Notes: a model not told the origin generated them from the letters alone. Shown: positions 47,845 to 58,192, counted from the first letter of the stretch. The stretch is DNA of 64,000 nucleotides from Rhizobiaceae bacterium (GCA_041742335.1 JBGSIT010000045.1:4992-68991); one strand, 5' to 3'. Numbers and translations: made by a program.

Positions 47845-49128
47845 ATGCCGTCATCCCATGCCATTCCTGTCTGGACGCCGCCGCCGGATGGTCAGCCGCA
47901 GACCCATCCGCTCAATGACCACCATCATTGCGATCTCGCCATTGTCGGCGGCGGTATCCTCGGGCTTTCGGCTGCCCGCCAGGCCGCGCGCGCCGGCCTT
48001 TCCGTCCAGGTCATCGAGGCAGGCCGTCTCGGCAGCGGTGCGGCGGGGTTGAACGGCGGACAGGTCATTGCCGGCCTCAAGCAGGATCCGGAACAACTGA
48101 TGACGCTGTTCGGCGACAGGACCGGCGGCAAACTCGTCAACTTCGTCGCCTCGACGGCAGACTGCGTTTTTGAACTGATCAGGGATGAGGGTCTCGCAGT
48201 TGAAAGCACGAGAGCAGGCTGGATCTATGCAAGCCACACGGCAACCGCGCTTGCGGCCATAGCTGAGCGCAATCGTCAATGGCAGGCAGAGAACGCCGAT
48301 GTCTGCCTGCTGGACGCCGCCGCTATCGCCAGGCTGACCGGCGCCCAAGGCTATCTTGGCGGTTGGCTGGATCGGCGCGCGGGTACTATCAACCCGCTTG
48401 CCTATGTGCTTGAACTGGCGCGCATTGCCATGCTTTCGGGCGCGCGGATCACCGAAGGAGAGACAGTCGCCAATATTGCTGCACATGCGGGCGGGTTCAC
48501 CCTGACGACGGCTTCGGGCAAAACATTGGCTGCGAACAAGGTGCTGGTCGCAACAAATGCCTATTCTGATGGCCTGGTGAAAGGGCTGGCCCAGACCATC
48601 GTGCCGCTGCATTCCTTCCAGATTGCGACGGCGCGCCTGCCGGACTCGATAGCTGAGCGGATTTTGCCGGAAGGGCAGGCCGTATCGGATTCCCGCCGTA
48701 TCATCATCTATTATCGCAAGAGCCCTGACGGACGGCTGGTCTTTGGCGGGCGCGGCCGTATGTCTGCTCCGCGCAGCGACGACGACTGGAACCATCTTGT
48801 CCATGCCATGCTGAGATTGTTCCCGGCGCTGAAGGGCGTTGCCATTGAAAAGAGATGGTTCGGGCGGGTTTGCGTTACCCAAGATCACCTGCCGCATTTT
48901 CATGAACCTCTAAAAGGTCTTGTCACCTTTGTCGGTTGCCAAGGGCGCGGGGTCGCGCTGATGAGCGCCATGGGGCCGGTTCTGGCCGATTATCTGCGGG
49001 CGGGGGATGCGGACCTTTTGCCGTTCCCCACGACGCCGATCCACCCCATCGCCTTCCATTCCTTCCGCCAGATTGGCGTTGCGGCCACCATTGGCTGGTA
49101 TCGGCTGCGCGACGCCATGGAAAAATAA
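47845..49128 (+). CDS. FAD-dependent oxidoreductase (DAO family)
   Basis: The dinucleotide-binding motif DLAIVGGGILGLSAA is present. Size (427 aa) and pattern match gamma-glutamylputrescine oxidase / OrdL-type enzymes. Confidence 0.75.
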   Translation: MPSSHAIPVWTPPPDGQPQTHPLNDHHHCDLAIVGGGILGLSAARQAARAGLSVQVIEAGRLGSGAAGLNGGQVIAGLKQDPEQLMTLFGDRTGGKLVNFVASTADCVFELIRDEGLAVESTRAGWIYASHTATALAAIAERNRQWQAENADVCLLDAAAIARLTGAQGYLGGWLDRRAGTINPLAYVLELARIAMLSGARITEGETVANIAAHAGGFTLTTASGKTLAANKVLVATNAYSDGLVKGLAQTIVPLHSFQIATARLPDSIAERILPEGQAVSDSRRIIIYYRKSPDGRLVFGGRGRMSAPRSDDDWNHLVHAMLRLFPALKGVAIEKRWFGRVCVTQDHLPHFHEPLKGLVTFVGCQGRGVALMSAMGPVLADYLRAGDADLLPFPTTPIHPIAFHSFRQIGVAATIGWYRLRDAMEK

Positions 49129-49142
49129 CAACGCAGCCCGCA

Positions 49143-49967
49143 TCACAGCATTGTGCGGACCGTCCAGAGTTCGGCAAACAACACCACGTCGAGCATGCGG
49201 CGCAAATAGGAGACGCCGGAAGTTCCCCCCGTGCCACGCTTCAGCCCGATCACCCTTTCAACCGTGGTGACATGGTTGAAGCGCCACCGGCGGAAATAAT
49301 CCTCGAAATCAACCAGCTTTTCCGCCAGTTCATAAAGCGCCCAATGGGTTTCAGGATCACGGTAGATCACAGCCCAGGCCGCAAGCAGCTTGTCAGTGTC
49401 ATGAATTTGCCCGCCATCGGCGTCCAGGCCGAGGCCGACGTCGAAGCCGTTGCGGTCAAGCAAGCGGATTGCCTCGTCATAGAGGCTGGGCAGGGCCAGG
49501 ATCGCCTGCAACTCGGCTGTGATGATCGGGTCGTGGGCATGCGGCTTGAGCAGTGCCGGATTGCGGTTGCCGACCAGAAATTCAATCGCCCGGTATTGCC
49601 ATGACTGGAAGCCGGACGACTGGCCCAAAGCGTCGCGAAAGCTGGTATATTCGCTCGGCGTCATGGTCCTGAGCACATCCCAGGCGCTGTTGAGTTGCTC
49701 GAATATCCGCGCCACACGCGCCAGCATCTTGAAGGCCGGCTGCAGATTGTCGTTTGCCAGGGCTTTCATGGCCGCCCGGATTTCGTGGATGGCCAGTTTC
49801 ATCCAGAGTTCCGACGTCTGGTGCTGAATGATGAACAGCATCTCGTCATGGGCTGGCGAAAGCGGAGTCTGTGACGTCAGCAATTGGTCCAACCCAAGGT
49901 AATCCGAATAGGACATGCGGGTCGAAAAATCGAGTTCCGCGCCTTCGGTGGACGGGTCCTTGCTCAT
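49143..49967 (-). CDS. kynA: tryptophan 2,3-dioxygenase
   Basis: The block [34 protein letters not shown] is the classic TDO signature. Confidence 0.92.
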   Translation of the reverse strand: MSKDPSTEGAELDFSTRMSYSDYLGLDQLLTSQTPLSPAHDEMLFIIQHQTSELWMKLAIHEIRAAMKALANDNLQPAFKMLARVARIFEQLNSAWDVLRTMTPSEYTSFRDALGQSSGFQSWQYRAIEFLVGNRNPALLKPHAHDPIITAELQAILALPSLYDEAIRLLDRNGFDVGLGLDADGGQIHDTDKLLAAWAVIYRDPETHWALYELAEKLVDFEDYFRRWRFNHVTTVERVIGLKRGTGGTSGVSYLRRMLDVVLFAELWTVRTML

Positions 49968-51163
49968 GTTACCTTGCTCCGGGTCTTGAATTCAGGCCGG
50001 TCCCAGCGGCGCTCGCTCATGACACGCTCGAGCCTGACGGCTGCCTCAACAATATCGGCGGGGCTGACATAAAGCGGCGTCAGGCCGAAGCGGATGATGT
50101 CGGGCGCGCGGAAATCGCCAATCACGCCATCGGCAATCAACGCCTGCATGATTGCATAGCCCTGCGGATGGCGAAAGGAAACCTGCGATCCGCGCCGGGC
50201 TGGGTCACGCGGCGAGGCGAGCACAAGATCCGGGCATCGGGCTTCAACTTCGCCGATGAAAAGCTCGGACAACTCGGTGGAACGGGCTCTGACAGCGGCA
50301 AGGTCGATACCGTCCCAAACCGTCAAGGCTGCTTCAAGGGCAAGCATGGAAAGCACCGGCGGCGTGCCGGTCTGCATCCTGTGGATGGACGGGGCAGGGC
50401 GGTAATCAAGGTCGAAAAGAAATGGCGCTTCATGGCCGAACCAGCCCGACAGCGCCGGATTGATCTTGCCTTCCAGGCCGGGTCGGACATAGATGAAAGC
50501 CGGCGCGCCGGGTCCGCCATTGAGATATTTGTAGCCGCATCCGATGGCAAAATCGGCGCCCGCGCCCGTCAGGTCCACCGGCAGCGCGCCGGCCGAATGG
50601 GCGAGATCCCATATGGTCACGACGCCTGCGGCCCTGGCTTTCGCTGTCAGTGCGGCCATGTCATGCAGCCGGCCGGTGGCGTAGTCCACCTCTGTCAGCA
50701 TCAGGACCGCGACATTTTCATCGATGCTTCCGGCGACTTCGTCCGGCGCGACAAGCTTCAGTTCATGGCCTTTGGCCAAGGTCCTGATGACACCGTCGGC
50801 GATATAGAGATCGGTGGGGAAATTGCCGGTATCGGACAGGATGATCTTCCTGTCGCCGGTCAATTGCAGTGCCGACGTCAAGGCCTTGAAGAGATTGATC
50901 GAGGTGGAATCGCCTGCAACGATTGAACCTTCAGGCGCGCCGATCAACCTGCCGATGGCATCGCCGATCCGGTTGGGCAGGTCAACCCAGTTGCGGGTGT
51001 TCCAGGCGCGGATCAGGTCCTTGCCCCAGCCTTCGTCGATTTCCCGTGCCACCGCCGTTCGCGCCGCAACCGGCAATGCGCCCAGCGAGTTGCCGTCCAG
51101 ATAGACAACGCCTTCCGGCAGCTCGAACAATGCCCTTGTCTTGTCAAACGGATCCGGTTTCAT
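49964..51163 (-). CDS. kynU: kynureninase
   Basis: The blocks [11 protein letters not shown] and [14 protein letters not shown] (PLP lysine region) are present. Both gene junctions are ATGA overlaps. Confidence 0.92.
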   Translation of the reverse strand: MKPDPFDKTRALFELPEGVVYLDGNSLGALPVAARTAVAREIDEGWGKDLIRAWNTRNWVDLPNRIGDAIGRLIGAPEGSIVAGDSTSINLFKALTSALQLTGDRKIILSDTGNFPTDLYIADGVIRTLAKGHELKLVAPDEVAGSIDENVAVLMLTEVDYATGRLHDMAALTAKARAAGVVTIWDLAHSAGALPVDLTGAGADFAIGCGYKYLNGGPGAPAFIYVRPGLEGKINPALSGWFGHEAPFLFDLDYRPAPSIHRMQTGTPPVLSMLALEAALTVWDGIDLAAVRARSTELSELFIGEVEARCPDLVLASPRDPARRGSQVSFRHPQGYAIMQALIADGVIGDFRAPDIIRFGLTPLYVSPADIVEAAVRLERVMSERRWDRPEFKTRSKVT

Positions 51164-52788
51164 GATGAGGTACTTTCGCTCCGCAACTGGAATCTCTGTA
51201 TTTTGCCGGTCTGGGTCTTGGGCAGACTTTCGACAAATTTGATCGACCGCGGATATTTGTAAGGTGCAATCACCGCCTTGACGTGATTTTGCAGCTTCAG
51301 CTTCAGCACTTCATCGCCAAGGATGCCTGTCGCCAGTACGACATGGGCCTGGACGATCTGGCCGCGCTCCTCGTCAGAAACGCCGATCACCGCGCATTCC
51401 AGAACGGCGTCGTGGGAGAGCAGCGCCGCTTCAACTTCCGGCCCGGCTATATTGTAGCCCGATGAAACAATCATGTCGTCGTTGCGGGCGGCGAAATGGA
51501 AGCGGCCTTCGGCATCCTGGAAGAAAGCGTCGCCCGTCAGGTTCCAGCCGTCGCGGACATAATCGGACTGGCGGGGGTCCGCCAGATAGCGGCAACCCGT
51601 CGGGCCGCGCACGGCCAGCCGTCCCACCACGCCCGTGGGGACTTCGTTCATATCGGCGTCGACGATCTTTGCGGTGTAGCCGGTGACCGGCTTTCCGGTT
51701 GATCCGGGCGCACGGTCGTCCAGCCGGTTGGAGATGAAGATATGCAACATTTCGGTGGCCCCGATGCCATCGATAATCGGCTTGCCGGTTTTGGTTTCCC
51801 AGCTTTCATAGACTGGCGCAGGCAAGGTCTCGCCAGCCGAAACGGCGATGCGCAGGGAAGAAAGATCGGCACCTTCCTCCATGGCCGCCAGCATGGCCCG
51901 ATAAGCCGTCGGCGCGGTGAAGCTGATGGTCGCCTTATAGGTTTCGATGATCGAAACCATATTGGGCGGCGAGGCGGTTTCCAGCAGTGCCGCGCAGGCG
52001 CCAAACCGCAAGGGGAAAATCGCAAGGCCGCCCAGCCCGAAGGTAAAGGCCAGCGGCGGCGAACCCACGAACACATCGGTCGGCTGTACACCGAGGACTT
52101 CCTTGGCATAGCCATCGGCAATGATCAGCAAATCGCGATGGAAATGCATGGTGGCCTTGGGAAGTCCGGTGGTTCCCGATGTGAATCCCAACAGCGCAAC
52201 GTCGTCGCGACCGGTAAGGACCGCTTCAAACCGCACGGGCTTGTCCAGCGCGATCCGGTCCAGTTCGGCATCATGATTGGCCGTGCCGTCAAAGCCGATG
52301 ACGGTTTTAAGAAACTTGCTGGCCTTGGCGGAAAGGACGAGTTCCTCCATCAGGCGCGTATCGCACAACGCCATGGTGATTTCGGCCTTGTCGATAATCT
52401 TGCTCAATTCGCCCGAACGCAACATCGGCATGGTGTTGACGACCACCGCGCCCGCTTTGGTGGCGGCCAGCCAGCAGGCGACCATGGCCGGATTGTTGGC
52501 CGAACGGATCAGCACGCGATTGCCCGGCTTCAGGCCGTAATGCTCGACAAGCGCATAGGCCAGCCGGTTGGACCAGTCGGTCAGTTCCTTGTAGGTCCGC
52601 CTGCGACCATTGCCGATCAAGGCGGTATTGTCGCCAAAACCCTGCTCGACCATGCGGTCGGTCAATTCGACGGCGACATTGAGATATTCGGGATATTCAA
52701 ATCCCTCGAGATTGAAAACCGGCCAATCCGGTTGCGGCGGGAGATTGTCGCGGGCGAAGGTGTCGACATGTGCTGAAGGACCTAGCAT
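51160..52788 (-). CDS. aryl-CoA ligase, 2-aminobenzoate(anthranilate)/benzoate-CoA ligase type
   Basis: AMP-binding motifs are present (FTSGTTGLPKATMH, IDGIGATEM). The N-terminus SAHVDTFARDNLPPQPDWP resembles proteins annotated as 2-aminobenzoate-CoA ligase. ATG 52788 is preferred to the ORF-track start at 52920. Confidence 0.7.
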   Translation of the reverse strand: MLGPSAHVDTFARDNLPPQPDWPVFNLEGFEYPEYLNVAVELTDRMVEQGFGDNTALIGNGRRRTYKELTDWSNRLAYALVEHYGLKPGNRVLIRSANNPAMVACWLAATKAGAVVVNTMPMLRSGELSKIIDKAEITMALCDTRLMEELVLSAKASKFLKTVIGFDGTANHDAELDRIALDKPVRFEAVLTGRDDVALLGFTSGTTGLPKATMHFHRDLLIIADGYAKEVLGVQPTDVFVGSPPLAFTFGLGGLAIFPLRFGACAALLETASPPNMVSIIETYKATISFTAPTAYRAMLAAMEEGADLSSLRIAVSAGETLPAPVYESWETKTGKPIIDGIGATEMLHIFISNRLDDRAPGSTGKPVTGYTAKIVDADMNEVPTGVVGRLAVRGPTGCRYLADPRQSDYVRDGWNLTGDAFFQDAEGRFHFAARNDDMIVSSGYNIAGPEVEAALLSHDAVLECAVIGVSDEERGQIVQAHVVLATGILGDEVLKLKLQNHVKAVIAPYKYPRSIKFVESLPKTQTGKIQRFQLRSESTSS

Positions 52789-53025
52789 CCGGTCAATTCT
52801 CCCCTTGGCTTGACGGCCTTGCACATTGACGAAGCGGCGGCAATTGCCACCTGCAATCGGGCTGGTCTTGAATCCGTCTGCGGCCTTGTTCAAGCTATCA
52901 GAACGCACAAAGATTTGCACAGGCGATAATAAACTTCAAGCTTAAAGTTTATTTGGAATCCAGCTTTGCCGATGTCTTGAATTGCTTATGCAGCAATGTC
53001 ATGACTGGGTAACGGGGAGACCGAA

Positions 53026-53853
53026 ATGATCCTGCATCACGTGACAGATTGGGACAATGCCTACGCCAACAGCGCCAATATTGCCGGCAGCGGCGCCTGG
53101 CCCGGCGCATGGCAGGAAAATGCCGCGGAATTTCGCGCGAGCTCGGCAATTCGTCAACGCAGCCTGTTCGATCTGGCTTACGGCACACATATGCGGCAAA
53201 ACCTTGATCTGTTCATGCCGGAAGCAGAGCCGCAAGGGCTGATGGTGTTCATCCATGGCGGCTATTGGATGGCGATGGAGAAAATCTGGTTCTCGCATCT
53301 GGCTGCAGGCGCGCTTGCCAGTGGTTTTGCCGTTGCCATTCCGGGCTACCGGCTTTGTCCGGACGTCATGATCACCGATATTGCGGCCGATGTCGCCGCC
53401 GCCATAAACCTGGCCGCCGGCAGGGTCGCGGGCCCTATCAACATTACCGGCCATTCCGCTGGCGGGCATCTGGCCACGCGGATGATTTCGCAACCGTCGC
53501 CGCTTCTGCCCGAGGTGCAATCCAGAATCCGCAATGTCGTGCCGATCTCTGGCGTTTTCGACCTGCGGCCCTTGATGATGACCCGCATGAACCAGACACT
53601 GGCCATCACCCAGGCCGAGGCCCGCGAACAAAGTCCCGCATTGCTGAACCCGATTGCAGGCACGCGCCTGACCTGTTGGGCTGGCGGTGCGGAAAGGGCG
53701 GAATTCCGACGGCAAAATGCGCTTCTGGCCAATATCTGGACCGGATTGGGCGTCGAAACGGGATTCCATGAAGAACCGGACAAACATCATTTCACAATTG
53801 TTGACGGATTGACCGATAAGGATCATCCATTGACAAGGGCCCTGTTGAGTTGA
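53026..53853 (+). CDS. alpha/beta hydrolase, probable arylformamidase (kynurenine formamidase, esterase-fold type)
   Basis: The oxyanion motif HGGYW and nucleophile elbow GHSAGGH are present. It is divergent from the ligase-kynU-kynA operon. Confidence 0.65.
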   Translation: MILHHVTDWDNAYANSANIAGSGAWPGAWQENAAEFRASSAIRQRSLFDLAYGTHMRQNLDLFMPEAEPQGLMVFIHGGYWMAMEKIWFSHLAAGALASGFAVAIPGYRLCPDVMITDIAADVAAAINLAAGRVAGPINITGHSAGGHLATRMISQPSPLLPEVQSRIRNVVPISGVFDLRPLMMTRMNQTLAITQAEAREQSPALLNPIAGTRLTCWAGGAERAEFRRQNALLANIWTGLGVETGFHEEPDKHHFTIVDGLTDKDHPLTRALLS

Positions 53854-53923
53854 CGGGAGTGGTTGGCCGGCGCCAAGCTGCCCATCGACCCCACTCAATA
53901 TAATACCTCACTGGAATATCGTT

Positions 53924-54883
53924 ATGATCGCAATGAGATCCAATGCGCAAAAGCATTATCGTTCCGGCGTCTTCTTTCTGGCTGCATCGGCCTTGGCATG
54001 GTCGTCATCCGGGGTTTTCATTCGGTTAATCACCACGGATCTCATGACGACCCTTTTCTGGCGCGGAATCGTTTCCGGAACAGCGATCTTCGTGCTGTTT
54101 TTCCTGTTGAACGGTCGTGGCGGCTGGAAAGTGGTCCGCCGCATGTCCTGGCCGTCTTTCTGGGCTGCCTTCTTTTCCACCGCCAGCATGATTTCTGGCA
54201 TTGGCTCGATGTATTACGGCTCGATTGCCGCCTCGATGGTCATCCTCGCCACCTGTCCTTTCATCACCGCCTATCTTGCCTTCCTGACAATCGGCGAAAA
54301 GCCGAACCGCATCACACTGATCGCCAGCCTGATCGCGCTTTCCGGCGTCGCCATCATGCTGGTGGACAAGGAAGGTACCGGGACGATGCTCGGCTTGCTT
54401 CTGGCGGTGATCATGACGGTGACCGCTGCAGCACTTGGCGTCATTATGCGCCACCACCGCAACATTCCGATGCTTCCGGCCATGGCGTCCTCGGCCTGGC
54501 TGTGTTCGATGGTGACATTCTGGTTTGCCGCGCCGCTAGCGGTAAACGCCAGCAATATGGGACTTATCATCGCTTTTGGCATTGTCCAGAACGCCATGGG
54601 GCTGATCTTCTATACCTACGGCGCACCGCGGGTCCCGGCAGGCGATGCCAGCCTGATCATTTCGCTGGAGGTGCCGCTGACAGTGTTATGGGTCTGGCTG
54701 CTGATCGGCGATGTCCCGACAGAGGCCACCCTTGCCGGCGGCGCCGTGGTGTTGGCCGCACTCTTCGGCCATATCTGGCTGGAAATGCGCAGGCAACGTG
54801 CCGATCCGGTTGAATCAGGGCATCAACTGCCCGCCATTGACCTCGATGATCTGGCCGGTGATGTAGCCGGAAAGCGTTTCTGA
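53924..54883 (+). CDS. DMT superfamily (EamA) transporter
   Basis: About 10 TM segments in two EamA-like halves. The 3' end overlaps the convergent SDR gene by 69 nt. Confidence 0.75.
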   Translation: MIAMRSNAQKHYRSGVFFLAASALAWSSSGVFIRLITTDLMTTLFWRGIVSGTAIFVLFFLLNGRGGWKVVRRMSWPSFWAAFFSTASMISGIGSMYYGSIAASMVILATCPFITAYLAFLTIGEKPNRITLIASLIALSGVAIMLVDKEGTGTMLGLLLAVIMTVTAAALGVIMRHHRNIPMLPAMASSAWLCSMVTFWFAAPLAVNASNMGLIIAFGIVQNAMGLIFYTYGAPRVPAGDASLIISLEVPLTVLWVWLLIGDVPTEATLAGGAVVLAALFGHIWLEMRRQRADPVESGHQLPAIDLDDLAGDVAGKRF

Positions 54884-55609
54884 AGCCAGGAAAAGATAGG
54901 CGCCGACGCAATCTTCCGGCGTTCCGACATAGCCCATGGGAATGCCTTTGCGCTGCATCTCCAATTGCTCCGCATTGGTATACCGTTCGTGGAAGGGTGT
55001 GGCGATCAGACCGGGCGCAACGCCGTTGACCCTGATGCCGTCGCCGACAAACTCCTTGGCATGGCCGCGGGTAATGGTTGAAACAAAACCCTTGGCTGCA
55101 GCATAAAGAATGGCGCCATTGCCGCCGCCGTTGCGGGCGGCAATCGATGTCGTGTTGATGATGAAGCCGCCCTGCTTGCTGAGGTGCGGATGGGCGGCCC
55201 GGATGGTCGCCAGAACCGAGCGGGCGTTGAGGTCCATGACGCGGTTATAGTGTTCATCATCCATGGCTTCGGTCGCCACCCGTCCCAGCATGCCGCCGGC
55301 ATTGTTGACAAGGCCGTCCAGCCTGCCTGCGGCTTCGGCAAATTCCTCGACGATGCGGTGGCAATTGGATGAAGTGGAAACATCTCCGCTGACAAGATGC
55401 GCAGTCCCGCCCGCTGCGGCAATCTCCGCAGCAACCTGTTCCGCCTGCTCCTTGCTGGCATTGTAATGAACGCCCACAACCATTTTCTGCGCTGCGAAGG
55501 CTTTGGCCAAGGCTGCGCCTATGCCGGTGGAAGCACCTGTCACCAGCACCGCCTTTTCGGCGAGATCAGGCAGGGAAAGACTGGCGAGGCTTGCAGCAGT
55601 TACGGACAT
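54815..55609 (-). CDS. SDR family oxidoreductase
   Basis: The cofactor motif TGASTGIGAALA, NNAG and the catalytic YAAAK are present. Confidence 0.88.
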   Translation of the reverse strand: MSVTAASLASLSLPDLAEKAVLVTGASTGIGAALAKAFAAQKMVVGVHYNASKEQAEQVAAEIAAAGGTAHLVSGDVSTSSNCHRIVEEFAEAAGRLDGLVNNAGGMLGRVATEAMDDEHYNRVMDLNARSVLATIRAAHPHLSKQGGFIINTTSIAARNGGGNGAILYAAAKGFVSTITRGHAKEFVGDGIRVNGVAPGLIATPFHERYTNAEQLEMQRKGIPMGYVGTPEDCVGAYLFLASETLSGYITGQIIEVNGGQLMP

Positions 55610-55659
55610 GATGGTTTCTCCGGTGTGGATGTCAGGTTGGCGACACTAGTCCTTAAACG

Positions 55660-55737
55660 ATTATTGTCAATAATAGAGGCGGAAAGTTGCCGAAATATTG
55701 CGGATTTTTAGCGAAATGCCTGGAGATTATTGACAAT
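55660..55737. promoter_or_regulatory. two copies of an ATTATTG(T/A)CAAT palindrome, GntR operator candidates
   Basis: ATTATTGTCAATAAT at 55660-55674 is a perfect 7-1-7 palindrome. ATTATTGACAAT lies at 55726-55737. Both sit in the SDR/GntR divergent spacer. Confidence 0.5.
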
Positions 55738-55836
55738 CTTTATGTCGGAGACTAAGGCAAGCTCATGATGCAAGGTCTGCGCGCCCATCGGTTGCAGCGG
55801 AACCGGGCCTTCTGGATGGCAACGAGGCGGAACAGG

Positions 55837-56520
55837 ATGGGTGGACAGATTTCGGCGGATCATCGTGTGCAGGGCCCGGATATTGTCGCCAGCCAAATTG
55901 AAACCGATATCATTTTCGGACATCTGCCGCCCGGTTCGCGGCTGGTGGAAGATCAGTTGATGAACCGCTACGGCGCTTCCCGGCATTTTGTCCGCGAGGC
56001 GCTTGGCACGCTGGAGGCAAGCGGCCTGATCCGCCGCGAACGCAATGTCGGCGCCACCGTTGCAGCCTTTGGCCGGCACGAAGTCGTGGCAATCTATGAA
56101 GTTCGTGAAATGCTGACCCGACAGGCGATCCTGATGATCGACCTGCCGGCTTCCGCCGAGCAGATAGACCGGGTCACGAGCCTTCAGGCTGCCTATCGCC
56201 AGGCCATTCAATCCGGTGATCGGCGCAGGATTCATGATTGCAATGACGCCTTTCATATCGGCCTCCTGGAAGCCTGCGGCAATCCCTGGCTGGTGCAGAC
56301 GATCAAGGATTATATGCGGCTTACCTTGCCGATCCGGGCGCGCAACCTCGGCCAGCCGCAGGGGCTTGCGCAATCCTTGAAGGAACATGAACTGATGATC
56401 GAGCTATTGGCGAGCCGCGACCGCTGGGCGCTGGCGCAGCTTTCAATCGATCATATGCAATCGGCCAAGGGCGCCTATCTGGAGCGCATCGGGCCGCCCA
56501 ATCCCCATCATGACAAATAG
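55837..56520 (+). CDS. GntR family transcriptional regulator (FadR/FCD subfamily)
   Basis: A winged HTH (LMNRYGASRHFVREALGTLEASGLIRRE) is followed by an FCD-like helical domain. ATG 55765 and ATG 55816 are alternative starts. Confidence 0.8.
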   Translation: MGGQISADHRVQGPDIVASQIETDIIFGHLPPGSRLVEDQLMNRYGASRHFVREALGTLEASGLIRRERNVGATVAAFGRHEVVAIYEVREMLTRQAILMIDLPASAEQIDRVTSLQAAYRQAIQSGDRRRIHDCNDAFHIGLLEACGNPWLVQTIKDYMRLTLPIRARNLGQPQGLAQSLKEHELMIELLASRDRWALAQLSIDHMQSAKGAYLERIGPPNPHHDK

Positions 56521-56536
56521 AATTCAGGAGAGACAG

Positions 56537-57523
56537 ATGAAAACGAGACACTTTGGACGCACCGATTTCGAGGTATCCGAAATAGGCTTTGGCGCTTGGG
56601 CGATCGGCGGGTCATGGGGCGACGTTTCGGAATCCGATGCCAAAGGCGCATTGAATGCGGCGCTGGATGCCGGCATGACCTTCATCGATACTGCCGATGT
56701 CTATGGCGATGGCCGGTCGGAGCGCATCATCCGCGATGTGCTGAAGGAGCGCGGCGGCAAGCGGCCGATGGTCGCCAGCAAAGCGGGTCGCAGGCTCAAT
56801 CCGCATGTTGCGGATGGCTACAACAAGGCCAATCTGACCGCCTTTGTCGAGCGCAGCCTGACCAATCTGGGTATCGAGACGCTGGATCTGGTCCAGCTTC
56901 ATTGCACGCCGGTGCAGGTCTATTACCGTGCTGAAGTCTTCGGCGCGCTTGACGACCTCGTCCAGCAGGGCAAGATCCGCCACTATGGTGTTTCGGTCGA
57001 GAAGATCGAGGAAGCGCTGAAGGCCATCGAGTTTCCCAATGTCGTCTCCGTCCAGCTCATCTACAACATGTTCCGCCAGAGGCCGGAAAGCCTGTTCTTC
57101 CGTGAGGCGCTGGCCCGCAAGACGGCCGTGATCGTGCGCGTGCCGCTGGCCAGCGGCATGTTGACCGGCAAGATGAGCAAGGCTTCGCAATTCGCCCCGG
57201 AAGATCACCGCAATTTCAACCGCGAAGGTGCTGCCTTCGATGTCGGCGAAACCTTTTCGGGCGTGCCCTATGAGGTGGCGCTGGAAGCGGTGGAGGAAAT
57301 CCGCGCGCTATTGCCGGAAGGTGTCACCATGGCGCAGTTCGCGCTTCGCTGGATCCTGATGCAGGACGCCGTCACCGTCGCCATTCCGGGCGCCAAGAAC
57401 AAGCGCCAGGCCGACGACAATGCGGCTGCCTCTGATATTGACGCATTGAGCAAGGAAACAATGGCAAAGATTGCAACAATCTATGCCGAACGCATCGCGC
57501 CGCATGTGCATCATCGTTGGTGA
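56537..57523 (+). CDS. aldo/keto reductase
   Basis: AKR blocks are present: FGAWAIGG, IDTADVYGDGRSE, YGVS. AGGAGAG RBS lies upstream. Confidence 0.88.
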   Translation: MKTRHFGRTDFEVSEIGFGAWAIGGSWGDVSESDAKGALNAALDAGMTFIDTADVYGDGRSERIIRDVLKERGGKRPMVASKAGRRLNPHVADGYNKANLTAFVERSLTNLGIETLDLVQLHCTPVQVYYRAEVFGALDDLVQQGKIRHYGVSVEKIEEALKAIEFPNVVSVQLIYNMFRQRPESLFFREALARKTAVIVRVPLASGMLTGKMSKASQFAPEDHRNFNREGAAFDVGETFSGVPYEVALEAVEEIRALLPEGVTMAQFALRWILMQDAVTVAIPGAKNKRQADDNAAASDIDALSKETMAKIATIYAERIAPHVHHRW

Positions 57524-57595
57524 TGCCGGGTTTGCAATGCGCTGATCTACAGCGGGCAAGCTGAAGCGGCAGCAGTCCTGCGACCATGCCGGATC

Positions 57596-58177
57596 CTACG
57601 GGTCCGGCAGAACCGCATCAACAAGCCTGACGATATCGCCGGCCGCCATCTGCATGGAGCGGCAATGACCGGCAATGCCCAGTGCAGAGCCGAACAACAG
57701 CCTGGCTGTGGCTGCGGCACTGTCAGCGTCGCTATATTGCCTGGCGATTTCGGCGGCGATCAAGGCTTCGATGGCGCCGTCGAGTTCAGCCATGATTGCG
57801 GCCGCCACATGCTCTTTGGCGGCCATCAGTTCACCGGCATAGGGGGATACTTTCAGAAGATCGTCGACGAGACCGTGTTTGGCGATCAATGCGGCGGCGA
57901 TACGAGTCCGGATTGACCCGCTCTTGCCAAGTTCGGTTCTCACAGCCGCCAGCAGGCGCTCTGCCAATCGTGCGGCGACCGCCTGAAATATTTGGTCCTT
58001 GTCATCGAAATAACCATAGACAGTGACTTTGGATATTCCGGCCGACGCCGCGATGCCCTCCATTGTCGCAGAACGCAGTCCATTGCCAATGAAGTAGCGC
58101 TCGGCAGCGGCGATTATTTTTTCGCGCCGCGCCGTCTTCAATGGACTCAAGACAGGTGCTGGGTGCATATGGAGCAT
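57596..58177 (-). CDS. TetR/AcrR family transcriptional regulator
   Basis: The N-terminal HTH RSATMEGIAASAGISKVTVYGYF is present. Confidence 0.85.
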   Translation of the reverse strand: MLHMHPAPVLSPLKTARREKIIAAAERYFIGNGLRSATMEGIAASAGISKVTVYGYFDDKDQIFQAVAARLAERLLAAVRTELGKSGSIRTRIAAALIAKHGLVDDLLKVSPYAGELMAAKEHVAAAIMAELDGAIEALIAAEIARQYSDADSAAATARLLFGSALGIAGHCRSMQMAAGDIVRLVDAVLPDP

Positions 58178-58192
58178 TATCCTTGACTAAAG

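Noticed and set aside
53863-54813. 316-aa ORF overlapping the DMT transporter gene in another frame
   Set aside because: Its translation is His/Arg/Gly-rich and lacks TM segments. The 53924 frame gives a regular 10-TM EamA-type protein.
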